A DNA stretch of 64,000 nucleotides from Salpingoeca rosetta (Eukaryota > Protista > Choanoflagellata). The DNA lies in assembly GCA_033442325.1 (NCBI GenBank), contig JAWQFM010000001.1:2440973-2504972 (forward strand), written 5' to 3'. How positions within the stretch are numbered: the first letter of the stretch is position 1; each line of letters starts with the position of its first letter. The notes beneath the pieces were generated by a model. That model was not told the origin of the DNA. It saw only the letters and a program-made list of their open reading frames with translations, and ran no database searches. Positions 12,803-27,290 of the stretch are shown one piece after another. The position numbers were made by a program, and so were the translations under genes.

Positions 12803-14377
12803 TCATGCACCCCACAAGTCTGCGGCTGTGAGGAAGTACTCGTCGGCCAGCAAGTCGTGGAACACATAGCGCGGCTCGTCAACGGGATACAAGGTGTGCC
12901 GCGGCCCTTTACCCCACCAGTCCCCAGCGAGGGGATAGTGCACCTCCTCTGCATCGCCGAGCCACGCCGCCCACCACGCATATGTGCTCTGTGACATGAC
13001 GAGACGGCGTGCGCTTCGCATGAACAGCCAGTCGTGCATGCTGGCCCAGTTCTTGCTCCCATCTCCCTGGATCACGCGCGCACCGTACTTGGTCATCAGT
13101 TGCTGCGCAATCGGGTGGTGCTCGCCGCACCGAGACGCGAGCCAGACTGTGTCCCACCCGCCCTTTCGCTGGTAGCGCTGCAAGATGCGGTCGTAGTAGT
13201 CCCATGGGAGGTCTACAAACGCCTCTGTTGGGTCGTACTCGTGCTCCTCGCCCTCGCAGCCGTGGTACGCGCGCAGGTGCACGACAATGTCGCGCGGGCC
13301 AGGGAGCGAGAGCGGCAGCGACTGCGCCGCCAAGCACGACGTGTCAATACGCAGCCAGTCGTCCTTGATGGCGGCCTTGTGCTGGGCAAGGATGCTGTAG
13401 TTGCGAAAGGGGAACCCTGCCAGGTCAATGACGCGCGGTGTGGGATCACGAAGCAGCTCGTCAAAGTCGTAGTTGTGCCCGGCCTGTGTGTCGACCGGCA
13501 GCTGGTCAAATGCAGCCAGGTCAATTGGGTGGTCCACTGCAAAGGGGAATATAAGGCCCTTTGAGAAGAGCTCTTGCTTGAAGACGTCGCACATGACAAG
13601 CGGCCAGCGCCGCGTCTCAGCCACGATGCGTGCAATTGTGTACTCCCCCAAGCGATTCCCAAACTGACCGTGGCAGTGCATGAGCACAACGCCTGTTTGT
13701 GAGGGCTCTGCTGTTGCTGCTGGCGGTGGTGGTGACTCGATATCACCCGTGCGTGGGTGTGGCTGCAGGCCGAGAGGACTGCAGTGAGAGGATGGTGCAA
13801 ACATCTCTATCAGCTCCGTCCATACCTTCTGTGGCAGTACTCGCCTCAGCTCCTCGCTTCGGTTCGTCCACACGTACCGCGATGCATCCTCGTCAGTCAC
13901 GCACACTACACCATCCACGCCACACTGCTGCCGCTGCCGGTGCTGTGGTTGGTTTGCTTGTTGCACATCTTGCTGCTGCGCTTCAGTTGCTGTGGGTGGC
14001 ATGAGAGCCGAAGGAGATGGTGAAGCGATGGTTTCGGCAATGGCAGCGGTTGGCGTTGTGCTGCTCAGTTCAACGTTTGCTATCTGTTGTTGCTGTTGAC
14101 GCTGATGCTGGTGCCGGGTGGACCTGCCTGCTCCGCCGTCTTGCACTTGCGGTGGTGCGGTGTGCGCCTGAGCTTGTGCGCCAGCGTTGGCACCAGCAGG
14201 TTTGGCGCGCGCTGGCGAGAGCGCTGACGGGGTTGGAGGAGCAGCAGCATATGGGTCAGTTTGGAGACGTGGGGGCGCGGACATCAGCGTGACAATGGCC
14301 AGCACGAAGCAGACGAGGCAGAATGCTGCCAGCATGGCGGGCGGCGTGAACTGGCCCTTGCCCTTCTCCTGCTGCAT
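12803..14377 (-). CDS. Single-exon type II membrane glycosyltransferase, GT11 (alpha-1,2-fucosyltransferase)-like
   Basis: N-terminal TM helix (MLAAFCLVCFVLAIVTLM) and Pro/Gln-rich stem. Motifs GQFGNRLGEY (GxLGNxM-type), VVHLRAYH (position of HxRRxD), DYY, and DWLFM..ARRLVMSQSTYAWWAAWL (D..LM......NSTFSWWAAYL-type). Confidence 0.8.
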   Translation of the reverse strand: MQQEKGKGQFTPPAMLAAFCLVCFVLAIVTLMSAPPRLQTDPYAAAPPTPSALSPARAKPAGANAGAQAQAHTAPPQVQDGGAGRSTRHQHQRQQQQQIANVELSSTTPTAAIAETIASPSPSALMPPTATEAQQQDVQQANQPQHRQRQQCGVDGVVCVTDEDASRYVWTNRSEELRRVLPQKVWTELIEMFAPSSHCSPLGLQPHPRTGDIESPPPPAATAEPSQTGVVLMHCHGQFGNRLGEYTIARIVAETRRWPLVMCDVFKQELFSKGLIFPFAVDHPIDLAAFDQLPVDTQAGHNYDFDELLRDPTPRVIDLAGFPFRNYSILAQHKAAIKDDWLRIDTSCLAAQSLPLSLPGPRDIVVHLRAYHGCEGEEHEYDPTEAFVDLPWDYYDRILQRYQRKGGWDTVWLASRCGEHHPIAQQLMTKYGARVIQGDGSKNWASMHDWLFMRSARRLVMSQSTYAWWAAWLGDAEEVHYPLAGDWWGKGPRHTLYPVDEPRYVFHDLLADEYFLTAADLWGA

Positions 14378-14573
14378 CTCCGCTCGAGCGCTTGACGGAG
14401 CGGAGCGCCAATCTCACAAACGCGTTGCCTTGGGTTCTTGTTCTTCTTCTTGTTCTTGTTCTTCTTGTGCTCTTGTGCGAGGGGTTGCAGTTTGAGGGCA
14501 GAGCATACACACACACGGAAACTGAATTCAGTATTCACGCGACTCACACACGAGCGACACCAAAGAAAGGAAG

Positions 14574-16746
<2,173 letters not shown>

Positions 16747-17612
16747 TTGTGGCGCAGCCGTGTCACGTCTTCGGCCGGGGATGTGCGTGTGAGTTGTCTG
16801 CTTTTCATGCCAACAACCAAGCTCCGTTGCCGTCTTTCCTGGTCATCGCAAACACCTGCCTCCTGCCACATCAGCTTGCCTTGTCTTTGTTTGTGCCCAT
16901 CACGTGTTGCTGTGTTGCTGTATTTGTTTGGTTCGTTTCATTATACGCGGGTACGCTCAAGTCGTCAATCAATCAGAGGCAAGAAAGGAAGAAAGAAGGA
17001 AGGAAGAAAGAAGGTCAACCAGTCAGGTATACATAGACAGGAATGGGCCAGCAGCACTGTACAAAACGCGGCTGTGCGCTCATTCGAGGTGAGGCAAGGA
17101 GGGGTGGGTGTCATCGCAATGCAGAAAGGTGCGATCAAAGGATGAAGAAGAAGGATAACATGTGTAGGGCAAGGGGGAGGGGGGCGAAGCACGCGTCATA
17201 TATGTGCACAGTGAGGCGAGGGTGGGTATGCGTGGAGGGCAGTGGTGGGTGGATTGCAAATCCAAATTGAAGGCACGTGCAGGTATGCACGTTGCAGGGG
17301 CACGTGCGCAGAAAACGACACGCGAACGAGCAGAGGGAAGAGGCTCGAGGGAACATCACACAAGCATCGAAACTGCTGCATAACAATCTGATGAAGTAGG
17401 CTTGTGTGTGTCAGTGCAGTAAACCGCATGACAAGTGTGATAACAAAGGCAATGGACGAGCGCTAGCGCAAGGGCTGGCAGGAAGGAAGGAGCCAGGACC
17501 GTTGTGTTGGGCGCTCGAGAGCTGGGCGAGCCAATACAACTGAACACAACTCAACAACATGAAAAACACACGCATACATCACCACACCACAGAGGATCAA
17601 CACGCGACTGTC

Positions 17613-18228
17613 CTAAAACGTCTCATCATCTTCATTGTCATCGTCATCGTCATCATCACTGTCAAACATCCCACGTGACTTGACCGGCTTGGCGTCAGCA
17701 GGCGCGCGCTCTTGGCGCTGCTTGTGTGCTGGGGGCGATGCTGCATGCGAGGCCGTCTGTTCCGAGTCGCTTGCTTCCGCCGTCGCCGCACCGCTCGCTT
17801 GCTTCTTGAACATGTCGTTGAGCTCGCTGTCACTCGTTGGCGACGCAGGCGTGCCGTAAAACTGGCGCAGATGAATCTGGTCAGGGAGCACGATGAGACA
17901 CGCAGTCTCGTGAGAACAAGTCTTGGCGTACACAAAGAGCACCGAGCGCATTTCATCCACAAAAAGAACATGCCCGCCCTCTCAAGCACCATCATGTGTG
18001 CAGAGCACGCGCCAAAAAAGACCAAATGGAAAGAACAAAAAGAAGAAACCAATTCTCACCTTGATAAACATGTCCACTTCGGAGGAGACGGCGAGATACG
18101 GGAAGTTGCCGCCATGCTAAGAAAGGGCGCAGTTCAAACAACGACAGAAAGGGGAAGAGCGGGAGTGCCAGCATAAGCTCACGCACTCGCAACACAAAGA
18201 GCCATACATGACAGGTGCCCTTCAGACC

Positions 18229-18259
<31 letters not shown>

Positions 18260-20553
18260 GCACACCTTGAGATGGGCGATGCGGGCGTCCGGATAGTACT
18301 TGAGCATCTCCAGACGCACGTTTGAAGAAATGGCGCACTTGTCCTGCACCTCAACAATCATCACCTGCACAAAGCACCGCAGCCGTGACAATGTTGTCAG
18401 CAACGGAGAGACCCATATTGTCGACATGAGGAAGAAGCGGCACCAACACCCATCAGCCGAGACAGCAGCGACATTAACACCAAAACCCAACAAATTTCAT
18501 TTCCAGATGCATGCTGGCGTGCCAACGCACACACAAACACACAAGTGAGCGCACACAGACGAAGGAAAGGGTAGAACGAGCAGCTTACGGGAATGTGTTG
18601 GTCGAGGATGGGCCGTGGATCGACGTAGGACGGCTTAATGTTGAGGTTGAGCCGCGATGCGAGCTCTGGCTGTGTTAAAGTTTCAAGCTGGCAAAGCCGT
18701 ACACAAGGCAGAGCCACGAAATGAGCGCACGTGGAAGGGCGAACAGAAGCACACCTTCACGACGACCAAGAGAGGAGCTCGGACAGCACAGCCGGGGGGG
18801 GGGGAACAAACAGGGTTCAGATCCCATTGAGGCGACGACAAGTGTACCATCTCACCTGCTCCACGATAAAGTCGATGCTGTTGGCGACGTCAGTGTGGAG
18901 GCGGCCCTGTGGGAAGTTTTGCATCAGCATACGCTTCAGCATAAAGCCAGGCAGGAACTGGACACTGTGGACATGCAAGTGTGACACCAGGCAAGTCGGT
19001 TGTGAGCAAGGAGCATGATGTGAGAGGCCAGAGACGAGAGAGACAAGGGCGCTGGAATTGGGAATTGGCGACGGCAAGGGCCAGGGGCAGCTTGAGCGGT
19101 ACACAGCAGAGGGAGGCGGCAGTGATGACTCACACTAGTGCGGACGGCGCCGACTTGAAGGCGGCTGTGTCGGTGAAGCCGTTGATCAGCGTCAGCGACT
19201 GCACGAGCCGGTACTCCTTTGTCAGTTCCGCCAGTTTTTGGGCAAGGAAGGCACCTAGCGACGCGCCAACAATGTGTACCTTTTGCCGAATGAAAGCGGG
19301 TTTAAGCACCCACAAACGTAGGGCGAACAAGCACGAACAGCGCAGTGAGAGAGTGGGATTGTACAGAGGGGGAGGGAAGAGGGTTAGCGCTGAATGAGGC
19401 CGCTTAGTGCAAGCGGAAGCAGGAGGCGAAGGGATGGGGGAATGGGGGAAGAACGCGCGCGCGCGCGTGTGTGTGTGTGTGGTGGGGGGGGGGGGACACG
19501 AAGAAAGTACTACGCGCGGGGATCAAAGAGGGGGAGAGAAGAAAGGGAAGAGAGAGAAAGAGAGTGTGTGTGTCTCAGTTATTACACGGTCTCATCATTG
19601 GAAGTTTGATGCCATGCTGCCCAACGTTGACAATGGCTCTAGCCACCACGTGAACAATTCAAAAGGGTTGGCAGCACCCGGGCCACGAGATTTTGCAAAA
19701 GTGCCCTGTGCCAGCCGTCGTGATGGCAAAAGGAAAAAAAAAAGAAGGCAAGCAAAGGGAAACGCAAGGAAAGGAAAAGGTGCAGAGAAGTAGCAACAGA
19801 GAGTGTCTTGGCAAGGGAGAGTACTTGGTACAGGGGGAGATGAGAAAGGAGGGGGCGGGGGCAAGGTGATGAAGGAGAGGGGTGGGTTGTGCCACCGCAT
19901 TGATACCTTATTCAAGCCGAACTGCTGAAGAAATGTGAGCGTGACCCCAACAAACTCATCGATGCTCCATGTCACTGGGTAGTCCATCTACGGTGTGCGT
20001 ATGCGTATGTGTGTTGTAGATGAAAAGAAAGTGGGTTGGTTAGGTGGTTGGTTGGATGAGGGCGTAAGTTGTTGTACTTTGGGTGAGTTGGGATGGTGTG
20101 TCGACAAGCAAGGCGCACAGTTGAAAACAGTTGAATACAGAGACACGAGATGAGTGCCTGTGTGATCGTGAACACGAGCGCCGAATCAAAGACAAAGCGG
20201 TAAGGGAATTCCAAAACAGAGAGCAGTACACTAACCCGCTCCCCACACCCACATGAGCGCAAAGGTGCATGCGTGTGCAAGTATGCACACTGTTCCTGAA
20301 ACGATGAACTGACCGAGATGCATCGATATCCTTCGCCCGTGAGGCTGATGAGCTGTTGAAAGTAGACATCGGCTGTGCCAGTGACGGGAGGGAAGAAGAG
20401 CACTGGCGCCGGCGTTGTCTTGGGTCCGTAATCGAAGATCTTCCATGTGTACTCCTTTCCCATATAATCCACGTCCACCCGTCGCTTGGGAACCGTTGAG
20501 CGGAAGCTCTGGTACTCGGCCGAGCTTGCGATGGAGCTCCTCTCCTCCATCAT
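17613..20553 (-). CDS. SPG21: Maspardin (alpha/beta-hydrolase fold), 8 exons
   Basis: [65 protein letters not shown] and [10 protein letters not shown]|HGGNFPYL closely follow maspardin. Confidence 0.93.
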
Positions 20554-20812
20554 CTCACACCAAGCGAGAGAGAACCCGTCGAGCCAAGAGGGCACAGCAG
20601 GTGAAGACGAGGTGGGGTGAATGAAGCCTTTGTCGCGTGTGCGGTGTGAGTGTGTGTGGAGGGGGAGAATAACGGGTAAGAAAAGTTGCCATGTTGTGAT
20701 TTGTGATGGTGGCACAAAGTCGATTTTGCCCTTGGACCACATCAATTTTGCTTTTTGTTCTTCTCCGCCTTCTGCTTTTTTTTGACACCAAGCAAGCAAG
20801 CAAGCAAGCAAG

Positions 20813-22329
20813 ATGATGCGTCTGGGCGTGCGGCGGGTGGCTTCCTCAGTGCTTGCGATGCGGTATGGGGCATCGGCGAGCATGCCGCTGGCACGGCGCT
20901 TTGCTACATCCGACAGCTCTTCGTCAGACAACACAGCCGTGCAGAAACAACAGACTGTGCCCCAGTTTGACGTGCAGACAGCCACAAACAACGTACGCAA
21001 AGTTTTGTGGTGTGTGCATGTGCGTGTGCATGTGCGTGCATGCGTGTGCTTGTGTGTGTGCTTGTACCGCGCGCACACACAGACACACACACTCTGTGGG
21101 GGCATGTGTATTGCTTGCGTGTGCGTGTGTGTGCGTGTGCATGTGTGTGCGTGTGCATGTGTGTGTGCTTGTACCGCGCGCACACACAGACACACACACT
21201 CTGTAGGGGCATGTGTATTGTTTGTGTTTGCTTTTGCAATTGCACTTGTGTGCACATGTGTCACGCCATCATGTAAAGTTTTCTGCAGTCCCCAACGTTG
21301 TTGTTGTTGTTGTTGTTGTTGTTGGCGCTGCCGTTTGCCAACATCAACGACGCTTGCCTCCAACTGTAATCCTGTGCCTTGTCTTCCACCCACCCCTGGC
21401 CTCTTTTCCCCCTTTCAACAGACACAGGCGACGGTGGGCCCGTTCCTGACAGGGACACCCGTGGAGCAGCTGAAGGAGCGTCGTGTTCGCATCACCGTTC
21501 CCACACGCAACGTCATGCAGTCTGGTGAGGCCAAGATGAACAGATGGGTCATCACATGGGACACAAAGGAGCGCTGGCAGAACCCGCTCATGGGATGGGC
21601 ATCCACGTAAGTTGCACATGTGTGTGAGTTTGTGTGTGTGTGAGAGAGAGAGAGTGTGTGTGTGTGTGAGAGAGAGAGAGTGTGTGTGTGTGTGTTTGTG
21701 TGTGAGAGTGAGTGTGTGTGTGAGTGAGTGAGTGAGTGTGTGAGTGAGTGAGTGTGTGTGTGAGTGTGTGTGTGAAATTGTACGTGTGTGTGAACGTGTG
21801 TGTGAACTTGTGTGCGTACCTTGATATGCATGTGTGTGAACCTGCAAATGCGCCCACGCACCCTTCCGCCCCCCCCCAATTGTGTTGTGTCGTTTCCACT
21901 CTTATTACAACTGGTCATGATGGGCTTTCGTGCTTTTCGCTGACCAGTGCGGATCCGCTCTCCAACGTCGATGTCAAGTTTGACTCCAAGGAGGACGCCA
22001 TCGCGTTTTGCGAGCGCAACGGTACGCCGAACGCACAGATGCCTTGCTTGCTTGTCGTGTCCCTTGGCAATGCGGGGAAGCGCTTCTTGTTACTCACTGG
22101 TAGTGATGTTGGTGATGCTGTCACTGGTACAGGCTGGACCTATTACGTGCATGAGCCGTCCCGCCGCCGCCGCATGAAGGCAAGTCAGCAAGAAAGAAAG
22201 AACGAGCGTGCGTATGTGTGCGTGTGAGTGCGTGTGTGTGTGTGTGTGTGCGTGCGTGCGTGCGTGTGCGTGTGCGTGTGAGTGAGTGTGTGCATGCGTG
22301 TGCGTGTGCGTGTGTGTGTGTGCTCCGAA

Positions 22330-22382
<53 letters not shown>

Positions 22383-22627
22383 TGTGAGTGAGTGTGCAAC
22401 CACACGCGCGTGTTGTGTTTGCGTGTATGCTTGGTGGGACGTGAAAGAAGCCCTGTCTTTGTTTGACCTCGTGTTGGAGTCCCGTGTTGTCACAACTTCA
22501 ACTGTTCCTAATCCCATTCCCTCGGCGTTCCTCTGACGCTACTTCCCACCCCTTCCTTTCTGCCACGCAGAAGAACTATGGCAACAACTTCTCCTGGGAC
22601 AAGCGCACACGCAAGAACACCAAGTAA
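20813..22627 (+). CDS. NDUFS4: NADH:ubiquinone oxidoreductase subunit S4, 5 exons; last intron is GC-AG
   Basis: [29 protein letters not shown]|[22 protein letters not shown] and [14 protein letters not shown]. Mitochondrial presequence at the N-terminus. Confidence 0.95.
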
Positions 22628-22973
22628 ACCGTGGTGTCCCATCAAGCCAGCATCTCTTTGTTGGCCTGAAGTGCGTGCGCGCGTGTTTATGTGTTATCCT
22701 GTCGCCGTGTCGAGTCGCAGGCGCTTCAATGGACGTGTGTGTGTGTGTCGGTTGTACTCAGCAGCCTGCCACTAGCTAGCTGGCAGCGTTGAGCTTGTGG
22801 GGACAGCGTGAAACTGCAGTAAAAAGTGGTTGTGGTGCAATTTCATTGCAGGTTTGTATTATGGGTCGTATGTACAAGTCCATGTACCAAGGAGGGCGGC
22901 AAGCAGTGGGCAGTCCATGCAATATGTAACACGAGTAGAGGACGATGATGCAGAGGGTTGGGGCGAGGCGGAG

Positions 22974-23037
<64 letters not shown>

Positions 23038-23052
23038 AATCAAATACTCATA

Positions 23053-24378
23053 TCATGTTTGTGCAGACGGGGGCTGGATCCTGTCTGCGTCGCCGGCCTC
23101 GGCCATGAGCGCGTCGACAACCTGTGCACCGAACCGCCCAAAGGCCGCTCGCACCTCCGCTTCCTCTTGTCCCTTCTCAGGCGATGGGGATGGCGATGGA
23201 AGCAGTGGTGCTGCGCGGAAGGAGACGGGGTACTTGATCTGGCCAGATGCATTGGCAGCATCGACCATGGCGCGAACAACGTCAGCGAGGGAAGGAGCAG
23301 CAGGCCCGCTCGCTTGCTTATCGCCGCCGCTGCTGGCTGCTGTTGGTGTCTCTGGTGCAGTTGCGAGGAATGTGTTGGCAATGATGAGGCGCGGCCCGAA
23401 GATGCGCTTGTCATACAGAAGCCCCTTCAGCATGGCGGCCTGTTCCTCGGTCGATTCCTTGTCCGATACAACCACAACCTGCACACAGGCAGAGGGACAC
23501 ACAGACAGGCAGAGACACACACAGACAGAGAGACACAGAGGGAGAAATACAGAGGTAGAGAGACAGACAGACGGACAGACAGACGGACAGACAGACAGAC
23601 AAGATGAGTGGACAAGAATATGGCAAGCAGATTGGGTGACGGAGGTGCTGCCGTGAGCATGATGAGTGTGTACTGCAGTGACAAAGCAGACCAAAGCGTA
23701 AGGACGGGGACACAGGCGCCATCAGCGCATATGTGCTTGTTGTGTGCATACCAGGCCATGTGCTTGGTGGAAGTAGCGGTGCCAGTACGGTCGCAGCTTG
23801 GGATTGCCTACAGTGTGGAGACGGAGAAAGGGGGGGGGGGGAAGCGGCAACGGGGGCGTGAGCATCAGGCAGTAGTGTTGGACAGAAGAATGACATGCGC
23901 GCAGAGAGAGAAACAGCCAGGCATCAGGCAGGCAGTCAGACGGGTCAGCTACGTGTGTAGGCAGACAAAAACATAGTGAGCTAGGCACACCTCCAATCTC
24001 CATGGCATTGATGATGCAGGCTGGAGTTTGAATCGCCTTGATGGCAAACCCTGAGCATCAGCAGCAGCACACACACACCAAAACGCAAAGTCCATGCCCA
24101 TCGGGGAAGGCAGGGGTGCAGTGAGGTAACAAGCAAGGGGGGGGGGAGGAGGCGAGGAGGAGGAAGAGGAAGGCAAACAGCAGCAGGCAGCGGCCACTGC
24201 AGCATGCACAGACATACACACACACAGACACAGACACAGGCACAGACACAGGCACAGGCACAGGCACAAACACAGATACAGACACAGATACAGACACAGG
24301 CACACGCACAGACACAGACACAGGCACAAACACAGACACAGGCACAGGCACAAACACAGACGCAGGCACAGGCACAGG

Positions 24379-24449
<71 letters not shown>

Positions 24450-24815
24450 TTTGTGGGCGGGATGTCCTGTTGCGGCGTTTCGTTGGCCAATCGCGTGAGC
24501 ATTGTCGTCTTTCCAACGCCTTGCAAGCCCAGGACAAGCGCAGACACTGTTGGTCGCTGCTGCTGCTCATCAGCAGGGAAGAAGAACCGCCATGCCTGTC
24601 GTTGAGGGTGGTTGGTGGAAGGGGGTGCGGGTATGGCTGGCTGTGAGCAACGACGGTGGTGGCTTCGTGGTGACGGTGCACACAGACATACATACATACA
24701 TACATACATACATACATACATACATACATACATACATACATACATACATACATACATACATACATACAGACAGACAGATAGACAGACAGACAGATAGACA
24801 GACAGACAGACAGAC

Positions 24816-24850
<35 letters not shown>

Positions 24851-24868
24851 TAGACAGACAGACAGACA

Positions 24869-24963
<95 letters not shown>

Positions 24964-25039
24964 GCGCGCGCACCGAGTAGGATGCGATGCGGATCACGCC
25001 CCAGGCAAAGCTCAGCCGTTGCCAAATCGCATCTAGCAT
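23053..25039 (-). CDS. ARL15: ARF-like GTPase, ARL15-like, 5 exons
   Basis: Spliced product includes LVLGLQGVGKTT (P-loop), PTK|GFAIKAI and MEIG|GNPKLRPYWHRYF, resembling ARL15 TTGFSIKAV / ELGG..IRKYWSRYY. Confidence 0.75.
24687..24960 (+). repeat. Compound microsatellite (TACA)n-(GACA/GATA)n-(CA)n in ARL15 intron 1
   Basis: Direct reading. Confidence 0.9.
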
Positions 25040-25422
25040 TGTGGATGGGTTTGTTGGTTGTGTGAATGTTTTTTCATGTTGCGTGTTGTTCCGTGTCTCG
25101 TGTCGCCAGGCGCGACCAACCCGCCCCTGATGACTTTGACTGCGACACTGCTTGCAACGCACTGTGTTTGTTCAGTTCATTCAATCATCAAGCCCAACAA
25201 GCAGCACAACCAACAGCCAACCAGTCCACACTGTACAAATGCACCAGCCAACCAGCCTCATCAAGCAAGTGCGTGGTGAACAACAACAACAACAACAACA
25301 ACAGCAACAACAACAACATGTGCACCCAATCAACAGAAGAACGATGACGGTCACTGGCGGGCGTGTGTGAGTGTCTGTGCCTGTGCACGCGCGTGTGTGT
25401 GTGTGCATATGTGTCAAGGCTT

Positions 25423-26990
25423 CTACTTGCGACCCGCCATGCGAATGTGCTTGCTTGCGCTGTCGTTGAAGGCCTTGAAGGGCAGGAAGACAAGGCCAAT
25501 CGATGCAGCAAGGAAGATGACCCACTGGATCTGCATTAACATGTGCACGCATGTGTGTGTGTGTGTGCATGTTAGGGTGTGGTGGAAAGAGCGCGTGTGC
25601 ATGTGTGTTGTGTTGTGTTGTGTTGTGTGCATGTACGTGCATGTACGTGCATGTGTGTGTGTTTGGCTTTGTGTGTGCATGTGTGTTGTGTGTCTGTTGT
25701 GTACGCATGTGTGTGCTTGTAACAGGGATTGAAAAGCGTCAAGAGCCGTACCACGTGAGTGTCGTAGACGCGGGAAAAGTCGCTGTTGGGCAGGATGGGC
25801 ACGTCCCGGGGCATGCTGCTGTATGCAACCTGCAGAGCATACACACGTGTGCAGAGTTGCCGTGATGAGAGGGTCGATACTCGCACACACACACACACAC
25901 ACACATACACACACATAAACGTACAAAAAGCAAGCACTTCTCTTGCACACACCGACCGACCGACCCACACAACATACCGACCGACCGACCCCCCCTCCCC
26001 ACACACACACCTGCTCGGCATCGGCGTCCTCGCTGGCAAAGTAGGTGACGCGGGCCGCGGTGAGGTTGTAGTAGCCCGGGCGATCAACGCGCACAATAAC
26101 GTTGTGGCTCACGTTGGCACCGGCCTTGAGACCCGCAAGGTTGAACGAGGGCAGACCAGCCACAAGGGTGAAGGGAGAGTCCTCACGTGTGAATCCTTCG
26201 TCCGTCACAGAGATGTCCTTGGCCTCCCTACAGCCAAACCACCGACAAACAATCGGGAAGCAAGAAAGAGGGGGGAAACGGCAATGAGAAAGAGGGGGGG
26301 GGGAACAGCAACAAGAAACAGCCACAACAACCGCGACAGCAACCAGTCAGTTCGTGCACAGCAGTCCAGCCAAACACACAAACGACCACACAAATGGTCA
26401 TCAGTCGGCGGTTTGCAAACGTGGATGCAAAGCCAGCACATCTAGCCGCACACACACACCCGCACACACACATGTGTGACACTACGTGGGATCTGGGCCA
26501 CGCACGACGCACGAGCAGCATTTGCTCCCAGGCAAACCACTCAAAAGTCATCACCACAACAACCAAGAAGGTACGTACTCCTCGCCAATGTTGAAAAGGG
26601 AGTATCTGACGGTGATGTCGCGCTCTGCAACGGCAATGGTGTTGACAATGTCCTTGGACACAAGGAGGCGAGCCTCCTCGGCGCAAGCAACAGCCGCGAG
26701 CACAAGCAGCGTGGACACAAACAGCTTCTGCACAGCGTGTTTGTGTGTGTGTTTTTGAGAAGGGGGCACAAGCAAGTAAGTAAGGAGGAAGCGAGGCACG
26801 CTGGTTGCACGCGTGTTGATAATGGGGATCACCGCACAGCAGCATTGCTGAGAGGCAGGCGCACACGATCCATGCAGCAGAACCGCCAACACCAAACAAC
26901 AAAGCAAGGAAGACGAAGCAAGCAAGCAAGGTCGCTCGCTCTGAGCGCCTCAACCAACAAGCAAACAGAGAGCAGCAGCAGTCGCACCAT
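25423..26990 (-). CDS. SSR2: Translocon-associated protein beta, 5 coding exons (first is ATG only)
   Basis: M|KLFVSTLLVLAAVACAEEARLLVSKDIVN...YSLFNIG, GANVSHNVIVR...GYYNLTAARVTY, and C-terminal TM IQWVIFLAASIGLVFLPF. Confidence 0.92.
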
Positions 26991-27152
26991 CTTGGTTGGT
27001 CAGTGGTCGGTCGTGGCAGACGAGCAAAAAAAATTGTTTTTTTGCTTCCTCAACACGGCCGTGGATAGGTGAATGAATGCGCACAAGTGCCTTGACGGCT
27101 GTGCGAAACTTACATTCACCACGTCAACCTCAGCCCGACACCACAAAATAGG

Positions 27153-27205
27153 ATGACGGACGCGGCAGTTGTGTGGAAGGTGCGACTGTTTGTTGTTTGT
27201 CCGCC

Positions 27206-27250
<45 letters not shown>

Positions 27251-27253
27251 TGT

Positions 27254-27290
<37 letters not shown>

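Noticed and set aside
21056-21220. Two ~55-nt direct repeats in NDUFS4 intron 1, and the SNW1 intron minisatellite, as CRISPR-like or TE-derived arrays
   Set aside because: Eukaryotic intronic slippage duplications with no unique spacers, cas genes, terminal inverted repeats or target-site duplications.
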